DNA of 64,000 nt from a virus, in IMG/VR virus record IMGVR_UViG_3300032087_002755, one strand, 5' to 3'. Position 1 is the stretch's first letter, and each line of letters opens with the position of its first letter. Under the pieces are notes generated by a model, which was given only the letters and a program-made list of their open reading frames with translations, was not told the DNA's origin and searched no databases. The translations under genes and the position numbers were made by a program. This document shows, piece after piece, positions 57,060 through 64,000 of the stretch.

Positions 57060-57594
57060 AACTGCAATTAACAAGTCTATTCTTAATAAGAATAACTTTA
57101 GATTACTGATTGATAAAGTTCCAACAGTGGAATACTATATTCAATCAGTCAATATCCCAGGCTTATCATTCACTGAAACAATCAGTGCAGCTGGTGTGGG
57201 ATTAGATGCATTTTTCCCAGGCGATAAAGTGTCATTCGAATCACTAAGTGTATCATTTTTAGTAGACGAAGACCTTGCAAACTTTAAAGAGATGTATGAT
57301 TGGATGAATGCAATCGTTCCAGTATCAGACCCTACTGATTATGCAAACTTCACTGGAACACAAAAGACTGCAACGGGTGAGTATAGTAACGTTACTAACG
57401 ACCTTGCACAATATTCAGACATTACAATAGTGGTTAACACTAACAAAAACATACCAAATAAATTTTTTAGATTCCATGATGCATTTCCTATATCTCTTAG
57501 TGGTATAGAATTACAGAGTGGTGCAGAGACCGAGGCAGTGGTTGCTACAGTCGAATTTAGATTTACATATTACGACATAGAATCCACTTCCTAA
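57052..57594 (+). CDS. gp3: Tail tube terminator
   Basis: F.L.I...P.VEY..Q.VNIPG, PGDK..F..L.V.FLVDE.L.N, F.F.DAFP.SL. Confidence 0.88.
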   Translation: MTETAINKSILNKNNFRLLIDKVPTVEYYIQSVNIPGLSFTETISAAGVGLDAFFPGDKVSFESLSVSFLVDEDLANFKEMYDWMNAIVPVSDPTDYANFTGTQKTATGEYSNVTNDLAQYSDITIVVNTNKNIPNKFFRFHDAFPISLSGIELQSGAETEAVVATVEFRFTYYDIESTS

Positions 57595-57607
57595 AATACC
57601 ATAAGTG

Positions 57608-57616
57608 TGGTATAAT
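57608..57616 (+). promoter_or_regulatory. Extended -10 promoter TGGTATAAT (uvsY)
   Basis: TGnTATAAT just upstream of uvsY start. Confidence 0.5.
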
Positions 57617-57624
57617 AGTATATT

Positions 57625-58068
57625 ATGACATTAGATGAAATTAAGAGCCAGTGGGAAAAGGATTGTGAGATAGACGATATCGAACTAGATAAATCGTCTT
57701 TAGAAATACCTAAACTCCATGCAAAATACCAAGACTTACTATCCAGTAAGATACTTGTTATGAAACAATACCAATACAAATATGATACACTTCTAAAGGA
57801 TAAGTGGTTGTGGTATAACGGAAAAATGTCTCAAGAACAAATCAAAGAGTTGGGTTGGTCAGACGACCCTTTAGACGGATTGAAAATTATGAAAACTGAT
57901 TTACAAATCTTCTATAACTCAGATAAAGATATACAAGAACTCAATGCAAAGATTGAGTATTTAAAAGTAACGATAGATTATCTCAAAGAGTGTATGCAAA
58001 ATATCACTTGGAGACACCAAACGATTAAGAATACAATCGATTGGAGAAAATTCATGGCAGGGTCATAA
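57625..58068 (+). CDS. uvsY: Recombination mediator
   Basis: W.KD..ID...LD..SL.IP.LHAKY, IKN.IDW.KF..G. Confidence 0.9.
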   Translation: MTLDEIKSQWEKDCEIDDIELDKSSLEIPKLHAKYQDLLSSKILVMKQYQYKYDTLLKDKWLWYNGKMSQEQIKELGWSDDPLDGLKIMKTDLQIFYNSDKDIQELNAKIEYLKVTIDYLKECMQNITWRHQTIKNTIDWRKFMAGS

Positions 58069-58745
58069 TGATATATCAAAACTATGTTTGGATTGCAGAG
58101 GCATTCTTTACATCACAAGAAGTTGATTCTATAATCGCATGTGCAAATAAAATAGAATGGGAAGAGGGTAGAGTTGGATTTGCAGCTAATGACCCCGATA
58201 GTGCAGAAGCATCAGGACGTGCTGATGATGAGATTAGAAGGTCAAGTGTTAAATGGTTAACACATGAAATGTTACCACAAGAATTTCATGATAAACTTGC
58301 ACAAGGAGTTCAATTCGCACAAGGAGATAATGCATGGACTTGGGATTTAAGTCATTTTGAAAATTTCCAATTTACACAATATAGTGAACAACCTAATACA
58401 AAAGGTGATTTCTATACATGGCATACAGATTCGGGTCATGTTGGACAGGTACATGGTACAGAAGGCCTTATTCGTAAGTTAAGTTGCACCATTCAATTAT
58501 CAGACCCCGATGAATATGAAGGTGGTCATTTCGAATGGTTAGAACCACATAGTATGTTTGATAGAATAAAACAAGGTGACAAATCTGTAGGTATAGATGC
58601 AATGAAAAGAACTGCACCCTTTAGTGCAAAAACAAGAGGAAGTATTTTATTATTCCCTTCAGACGTTCACCACCAAGTCACCCCAGTCACACGAGGAGCT
58701 CGAACATCACTAGTAGGGTGGTTGTTAGGTACTCCTTTCAAGTAA
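58068..58745 (+). CDS. 2OG-Fe(II) oxygenase (PKHD/P4H-like)
   Basis: FY.WHTD, RKLS.TIQLSDP.EYEGG, FPS...H.VTPVTRG.R.SLVGW. Confidence 0.9.
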   Translation: MIYQNYVWIAEAFFTSQEVDSIIACANKIEWEEGRVGFAANDPDSAEASGRADDEIRRSSVKWLTHEMLPQEFHDKLAQGVQFAQGDNAWTWDLSHFENFQFTQYSEQPNTKGDFYTWHTDSGHVGQVHGTEGLIRKLSCTIQLSDPDEYEGGHFEWLEPHSMFDRIKQGDKSVGIDAMKRTAPFSAKTRGSILLFPSDVHHQVTPVTRGARTSLVGWLLGTPFK

Positions 58746-58752
58746 AACCAAT

Positions 58753-60198
58753 ATGGTTACAGTAGAAAAATTAGATGATGTCTTTATGAAAGTTCATTGT
58801 GATGATGGACTTGCAAGAGACTTATATGACTTCTTTTCTTATACAGTCCCAGGCGCAAAATTTATGCCTTCTTATAAGAATAAGTATTGGGACGGTAAAG
58901 TCAGACTCTTCTCAATGAAGACAAATAAAATCTATATTGGATTACTTCCATACGTTGACGAATTCTGTAGAGAACGTGGTTATGAGTTTGGTGGTATACA
59001 AGAAGTAATCGGAGACAAAACAACAATTACAGACGAAGACGTAGATTTCTTTATTAATGGTGACGACCTAATCCCAGGCTTGGGTCTTCCATTTCAACCA
59101 CGTGATTATCAAATAGAAGCATTCAAAACTGCAGTGCAATACGGAAGACAGTTATTACTTTCACCAACTGCAAGTGGAAAGTCTTTAATCATTTATATGT
59201 TGTGTAGGTGGTATGAAGGAGAAATGTCTCTACCTAATTGTAAGACTATTATTATCGTTCCCACTACCTCATTGGTAGAACAAATGTCAAAAGATTTCAA
59301 AGAATACGGATACAAAGAACCTATCTGTAAAATCTATCACGGTCAAGAAGTATTTGATGCACCTATTACGGTCACCACATGGCAATCATTCAGTAAAGCT
59401 CCTAAAGAAGTTGTACAGGGATTTGACGTAGTGATAGGGGACGAAGCACATTTATTCAAAGCACAAACACTAAAAGGTATCTTAGAGAAAATGAAACACA
59501 CTAGTGTTCGTTTTGGAACGACTGGAACACTGGACGGGTCAGAAGTTCATAGGTTACAACTTGAAGGTTTGTTCGGCCCTGTAAAAAAAGTCATAACGTC
59601 ATACGAGTTAATGGAAGAAGGTACAATTGCAAATTTGAAGATAGATTGTGTCATACTTCGTCATACTAAAATGAAAAAATTGACATACCAAGAAGAAATG
59701 GATTACTTGGTGTCGAATGATAGTAGAAACAAATTCATAACAAATTTAGTTGCAAGTTTAAAAGGTAATACTTTAGTGTTGTTCCAATATGTACAGAAAC
59801 ATGGTGAAGTCTTATATCCTATGTTAGACGGAAGAGTAAAGGACTTACACTATGTCTATGGTGGAACAGATACAGAAGACAGAGAAACAGTCAGAGAGGT
59901 GGTAGAAAAATCTAACGATAGTGTCATACTAGCGTCATACGGAACTTTTTCTACTGGAGTTAATATAAAGAAAATTGATAATGTAGTTTTTGCAAGTCCT
60001 TCTAAATCAAGGATAAGGAATCTACAATCTATTGGTAGAGGTCTAAGGAAAACTGAAGGTAAGAGTGAAATGAGATTATTTGATATTGCAGACGATTTGC
60101 AATGTGATAATTTCACACTTGGTCACCTTAAGGAACGTATAAATATTTACAACGAGGAAAATTTTTCATACGAAATAAAACAATTTGACTTAGACTAA
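58753..60198 (+). CDS. uvsW: SF2 RNA-DNA/DNA helicase
   Basis: PRDYQ, SPTASGKS, DEAH, TTGTL, STGVNI, QSIGRGLR. Confidence 0.95.
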   Translation: MVTVEKLDDVFMKVHCDDGLARDLYDFFSYTVPGAKFMPSYKNKYWDGKVRLFSMKTNKIYIGLLPYVDEFCRERGYEFGGIQEVIGDKTTITDEDVDFFINGDDLIPGLGLPFQPRDYQIEAFKTAVQYGRQLLLSPTASGKSLIIYMLCRWYEGEMSLPNCKTIIIVPTTSLVEQMSKDFKEYGYKEPICKIYHGQEVFDAPITVTTWQSFSKAPKEVVQGFDVVIGDEAHLFKAQTLKGILEKMKHTSVRFGTTGTLDGSEVHRLQLEGLFGPVKKVITSYELMEEGTIANLKIDCVILRHTKMKKLTYQEEMDYLVSNDSRNKFITNLVASLKGNTLVLFQYVQKHGEVLYPMLDGRVKDLHYVYGGTDTEDRETVREVVEKSNDSVILASYGTFSTGVNIKKIDNVVFASPSKSRIRNLQSIGRGLRKTEGKSEMRLFDIADDLQCDNFTLGHLKERINIYNEENFSYEIKQFDLD

Positions 60199-60686
60199 TG
60201 GCAACACCAAACGACTTACTTAAACAAAGATACGAAGTTATCAAACTTAAAACTGGTACAGAGTTTGTAGGAATGGTTAGAGACACAACAGAAGGTCTCG
60301 AAGTTACACTTCCTATGATATGTCATTTATCGGTTCAACAACCAATCAATTCAACACTTGCAACCTTCTATCCTTATGCACCTATGAGTGAAGACCCTAT
60401 CGTCAAAATTCCATTCGACCAAGTCTTACATAGAAGTAATATGAATTCTCAATTTATTCCGTTCTATGACGAAGCTTCTGCAAACTGGTTGAAGATGGTG
60501 GAGACAGGTTCCATTCCATTAACCAATGACTTGAAAGGTGTATCAAGAGAATACATGAAAAAAGCAGTTGACTCTATTCTTAAGAATGTCAAAGACGAAG
60601 ATTTATTTGATGAGTTCTATGAGGAACTAGTAGAGAGTGAGTTTGAAGAAGCTATAAAACCTACCGACCCAAAAAAGATTCATTAG
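60198..60686 (+). CDS. Hypothetical protein (Sm-like N-terminus) at the usual position after uvsW
   Basis: IKLKTG.E..G; ends KIH. Confidence 0.65.
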   Translation: MATPNDLLKQRYEVIKLKTGTEFVGMVRDTTEGLEVTLPMICHLSVQQPINSTLATFYPYAPMSEDPIVKIPFDQVLHRSNMNSQFIPFYDEASANWLKMVETGSIPLTNDLKGVSREYMKKAVDSILKNVKDEDLFDEFYEELVESEFEEAIKPTDPKKIH

Positions 60687-60770
60687 GATTTCTTTTTTTC
60701 TAAATAAGTGCGTATAATTTAGACTTATATATACTTATACAAAATATTTATAACAACTTTTAGGAAAACC

Positions 60771-60947
60771 ATGACCACAGCAACTTTTTTTGCGAAGAGC
60801 ATGGTACGAAAAGCTAGAGAAGTTAATCATATCATTCGTCCAACAAAACGAAAACTGGTTGACACTATCGAATTTCTAGTGCTGATGACTCTTCCCTTCT
60901 TACTACCCTTCATAGTGATGTATTTCAGTATGTGGAATATATTATGA
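60771..60947 (+). CDS. 58-aa single-TM protein (below ORF-track cut-off)
   Basis: RBS AGGA; MTTATFFAKSMVRKAREVN...IEFLVLMTLPFLLPFIVMYFSMWNIL. Confidence 0.65.
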   Translation: MTTATFFAKSMVRKAREVNHIIRPTKRKLVDTIEFLVLMTLPFLLPFIVMYFSMWNIL

Positions 60948-61036
60948 ACTTCGAAAAACTTAGAGATACTTTGGAGATAACTACATTAGTAGGTATCTTC
61001 ATGGTGTCCGTTATATCAATTACAGGAATATCATAA
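60944..61036 (+). CDS. 30-aa single-TM peptide
   Basis: ATGA overlap upstream and TAATG overlap downstream; MNFEKLRDTLEITTLVGIFMVSVISITGIS. Confidence 0.55.
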   Translation: MNFEKLRDTLEITTLVGIFMVSVISITGIS

Positions 61037-61479
61037 TGAGAGAACTAGGACAAGCATTACTATGCACACTTGCAATAGGTGTGTTTTTTGGATTTAAGAT
61101 ATATCCAAATTTAGAATATACAGGTGGAACTGGAGGACATAGTTGCACGGGTCAGTGTTATGTTGACTATGTTGAACAATTTGGAACTGCTTCAGAGATT
61201 GAACAGAGAAAACAAGAACTTGCAAATGCAGACGAATTCTCTTCTATTAGAGGTCTATGGAGTGGTTGTGCAGCTTGTCACGGTGCAGAAGGTCAAGGTA
61301 TGGGAGTCTTCCCTAAACTTGCTGGTCAAAGTTCAGATTACATTGTAAATAAACTCAATGCATATAAAAACAGAGAAACAGTTGGTAATATGTCTTCTAC
61401 TATGTGGGCACAAGCTGGTATGTTGAGTGATGAAGATATCAATATGATTGGTAAATTCATTGAGGTTGAGTTGAAGTGA
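61036..61479 (+). CDS. Membrane-anchored class I cytochrome c (c553/c4-like)
   Basis: CAACHG heme motif, P.LAGQ...YI...L..YK, distal Met, LS..DI; N-terminal TM. Confidence 0.9.
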   Translation: MRELGQALLCTLAIGVFFGFKIYPNLEYTGGTGGHSCTGQCYVDYVEQFGTASEIEQRKQELANADEFSSIRGLWSGCAACHGAEGQGMGVFPKLAGQSSDYIVNKLNAYKNRETVGNMSSTMWAQAGMLSDEDINMIGKFIEVELK

Positions 61480-61655
61480 AAGAGGAAAAACTCTTACAAA
61501 TCGTAAACTTATCACCCAGTGAATCTTGGATTGAAAGAATTGTCGAGGTTCACCCTATGAAACAAGTTGCAGTAATGTCAGTCGTGCAAGTCCTCGTTTT
61601 CGGTTTTATGTTGTTGTCCTTTTGGCTAATCAATCTAGGATTGGGTAAGATATGA
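61476..61655 (+). CDS. 59-aa single-TM protein
   Basis: GTGA overlap with cyt c stop; ...HPMKQVAVMSVVQVLVFGFMLLSFWLI. Confidence 0.6.
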   Translation: MKEEKLLQIVNLSPSESWIERIVEVHPMKQVAVMSVVQVLVFGFMLLSFWLINLGLGKI

Positions 61656-61789
61656 AACACTATATAATAGGTACAACATTGGGATTATGCATGTTTTATC
61701 TTGCCGTTGGTGAGATTGATAAAATGAGTCGTGCAGTGGAGATACAATCGTTTGCAAAGAGTAGGATTAAAGATATCATCTCTTATTAG
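61652..61789 (+). CDS. 45-aa protein with N-terminal hydrophobic helix
   Basis: ATGA overlap; MKHYIIGTTLGLCMFYLAVGEIDKMSRAVE... Confidence 0.55.
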   Translation: MKHYIIGTTLGLCMFYLAVGEIDKMSRAVEIQSFAKSRIKDIISY

Positions 61790-61923
61790 TATATTCCACC
61801 GCGGCAACATATTTATTTTATCATAGATTTCCCAGTTGTCTAGTGGGTTTCTTCAAATAATTCAAAAAAATAAATACTTAAAAACCCTCTTACAAAATAA
61901 GAGAATTGGTGTATAATAGATTC

Positions 61924-62481
61924 ATGACTACTAAAAAAGACCCTAAAAAGGCAGAGCATTACGTAAACAACAAAGAGTTTACAGCTGCAGTCTCCGAGTT
62001 TAACATTGCATGTAAACTTGCAGAAGAGAAAGGTAAGTCTAAACCTCAAATGACAGAATACATTGGTGAATGTATCTATAAGATTGCGACTCGATTATCG
62101 ACTCGTCCTAATTTTATCAACTACACATATAGAGATGAAATGATATGTGATGCAATTGAAAATTGTATTCAGTATATCGGAAACTTTAACCCCGAAAAAT
62201 CAACTAACGCATTTGCATACATAACACAAATTTGTTACTATGCATTCCTCAGAAGAATCCAAAAGGAGAAAAAACAGGTCTTCATTAAACAACAGGCCAC
62301 GGACGCTGCTGGAATGATAACAAGTGCATTCGATACTATTGACGGACAACACGACCCAACCCTTACTAATACTAATGTGGAATGGATGCAAGAAAACATG
62401 AATCGTGTTGAATACGAACCTCGTAAATCTAGAACCAAAAAAGTTAAAAAAACAACAAACTTAGAAAAATTTACTGAATGA
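61924..62481 (+). CDS. gp55: Late transcription sigma factor
   Basis: HYVNNKEF, YIGECI.KIA..LS..PNF.NYTYR.EMI.D.IENC, NAFAY.TQI.Y.AFLRRI.KEKKQ. Confidence 0.95.
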   Translation: MTTKKDPKKAEHYVNNKEFTAAVSEFNIACKLAEEKGKSKPQMTEYIGECIYKIATRLSTRPNFINYTYRDEMICDAIENCIQYIGNFNPEKSTNAFAYITQICYYAFLRRIQKEKKQVFIKQQATDAAGMITSAFDTIDGQHDPTLTNTNVEWMQENMNRVEYEPRKSRTKKVKKTTNLEKFTE

Positions 62482-63545
62482 AAATAGCATTACTGAATGA
62501 TACCCATTGTGGTGTCCGAGGTGATATGATAGAAATGTCAAATTACCAAGGAAGATTTTATAATGAAGTGTTCTTCCCATATATGGACGAACATAACATT
62601 AAACACATAATACACTTAGGGGACTACTTCGACAGAAGAAAATACATAAATTTTGCTTCCATGAAAGCAAATATCAAACATTTCATTGACCCAATGACTG
62701 AACGTGGTATTACTATGGATTTAATTCTAGGTAATCATGATACTTATTATAAGAACACCAATGAAGTAAACTCACCCGAGTTGTTATTATACAATCAAAA
62801 AAATGTAAATGTCATTCAAGAACATGAAGTCAAAGAGTATGACGGATTTAACATTGCATTATCTCCATGGATTAATCCCGAAAACTATGCAGACGCTGTT
62901 GATTTCTTAAAGACTGCAAATGCAAGTTGGTGTATGGGACACTTTGAATTTGAAGGTGCATTAATGATGCCAGGCATGACGTGTCAACACGGACTAGACC
63001 ATTCTTATGTAAAAAGATTTGAAACAGTTTTGAGTGGTCATTTCCACCAAAAATCTGAATTTGCAAATATCAGATATCTTGGGTCTCAAATGCAATTTAC
63101 TTGGTCAGATTATGGAGATAACAAATACTTTCATATATTTGATACCGAGACCCAAGAACTTACCCCAGTTTTAAATCCAATCACCATGTTTGAGAAATCA
63201 TTCTATGACGATACAAAAGAAACTTTTGAAACAATATCTAACATAGATTATTCTAAATTTACAAACAAATTTGTAAAAGTAATAGTAGTAAATAAAGACA
63301 ATCCTTATTGGTTTGATACATTCTTAGATAAACTACATGCAAGTAATCCAATACACGTTGCAGTTGTAGACGACAACAAACATATGGATTTCTATGGTGA
63401 CGATGATATAGAAGATATCGAAGACACTTTAACTATATTAAACAACTATATTGACGGGTTGGAAATACAAGGGAAGAAGAAACCCCTTGCAGAACTTATG
63501 TCGTCATTATATAATGAAGCTTTGGACGAACATAACTATCTATGA
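62478..63545 (+). CDS. gp47: Recombination nuclease subunit (Mre11/SbcD-like)
   Basis: DTH.G, HLGD.FD.RK, GNHD, GHFE, SGHFH. Confidence 0.95.
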   Translation: MKIALLNDTHCGVRGDMIEMSNYQGRFYNEVFFPYMDEHNIKHIIHLGDYFDRRKYINFASMKANIKHFIDPMTERGITMDLILGNHDTYYKNTNEVNSPELLLYNQKNVNVIQEHEVKEYDGFNIALSPWINPENYADAVDFLKTANASWCMGHFEFEGALMMPGMTCQHGLDHSYVKRFETVLSGHFHQKSEFANIRYLGSQMQFTWSDYGDNKYFHIFDTETQELTPVLNPITMFEKSFYDDTKETFETISNIDYSKFTNKFVKVIVVNKDNPYWFDTFLDKLHASNPIHVAVVDDNKHMDFYGDDDIEDIEDTLTILNNYIDGLEIQGKKKPLAELMSSLYNEALDEHNYL

Positions 63546-64000
63546 TAAATTTTAAGAAAGTAAGATACAAAAACTTACTATCCAGTGGAAACAAATTTAC
63601 AGAAATACAACTAGACAAACACCAAACGACACTAATCTTAGGTGATAACGGTGCTGGTAAATCTACATTATTAGATGCACTTTGTTTTGGACTCTATGGA
63701 AAGGGGTTCAGAAATCTTAAGAAAGAACTTCTAATCAATTCTGTTAATGGAGGAAACCTTTTAGTTGAGGTTGAGTTCTCTATTGGTAAGAAACAATACA
63801 AAGTTATTAGAGGTGCAAAACCAAACAAATTCGAACTCTATGTTAATGACGTGTTCGTCAATCAAGATGCAACAGTCAGAGACTACCAAGAACACTTAGA
63901 AAAGAACATACTCAAAATGAGTTATCGTTCCTTTACTCAAGTTGCAATCCTCGGGTCAGCAAACTTTACTCCTTTCATGCAATTAAAAGCTGCAGATAGA
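63542..64000 (+). CDS. gp46: Recombination ATPase subunit (Rad50/SbcC-like), partial
   Basis: MINFKKVRYKNLLSSGN...G.NGAGKST.LDAL.FGLYGK.FR; runs off right edge. Confidence 0.93.
   Translation, partial: MINFKKVRYKNLLSSGNKFTEIQLDKHQTTLILGDNGAGKSTLLDALCFGLYGKGFRNLKKELLINSVNGGNLLVEVEFSIGKKQYKVIRGAKPNKFELYVNDVFVNQDATVRDYQEHLEKNILKMSYRSFTQVAILGSANFTPFMQLKAADR

Noticed and set aside
1-64000. tRNA/rRNA genes; specific host assignment
   Set aside because: No cloverleaf or rRNA-like sequence recognised; no photosynthesis genes or other diagnostic host markers in this window

Overview
AT-rich T4-like (Tevenvirinae/Kyanoviridae-type) myophage genome segment, probably from a marine or aquatic heterotroph phage (host not determinable from sequence). 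It covers most of the virion morphogenesis region. The minus-strand block holds a tape-measure-like gene, gp51/gp26, gp54, gp2, a kdsB/HAD insert and gp4. It is followed by the baseplate (gp48, 53, 27, 5, 25, 6, 7, 8, VrlC-like), a ~13 kb array of modular fibre genes, a glycosyltransferase/2OG-Fe(II) oxygenase cluster, neck/terminase/tail/head genes (gp13-gp23), gp3, uvsY, uvsW, a cytochrome c plus mini membrane-protein operon, gp55, gp47 and gp46 (partial). Main discovery: Pro-punctuated repeat proteins that appear 'reverse-complementary' at the protein level. Two adjacent genes (37421, 38085) have 190-residue arms whose 27 units match exactly in antiparallel order with a reciprocal pairing code, and a third (27456) is self-complementary by the same code. 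Also notable: a candidate -1 frameshift gp26->gp51, a triple-hairpin AGUGA leader RNA, a shared ParB/Srx-like domain linking the kdsB cluster to the glycosyltransferase, and an apparent context-dependent restriction-site avoidance. Gene identities come from motif recognition and synteny, not database searches.
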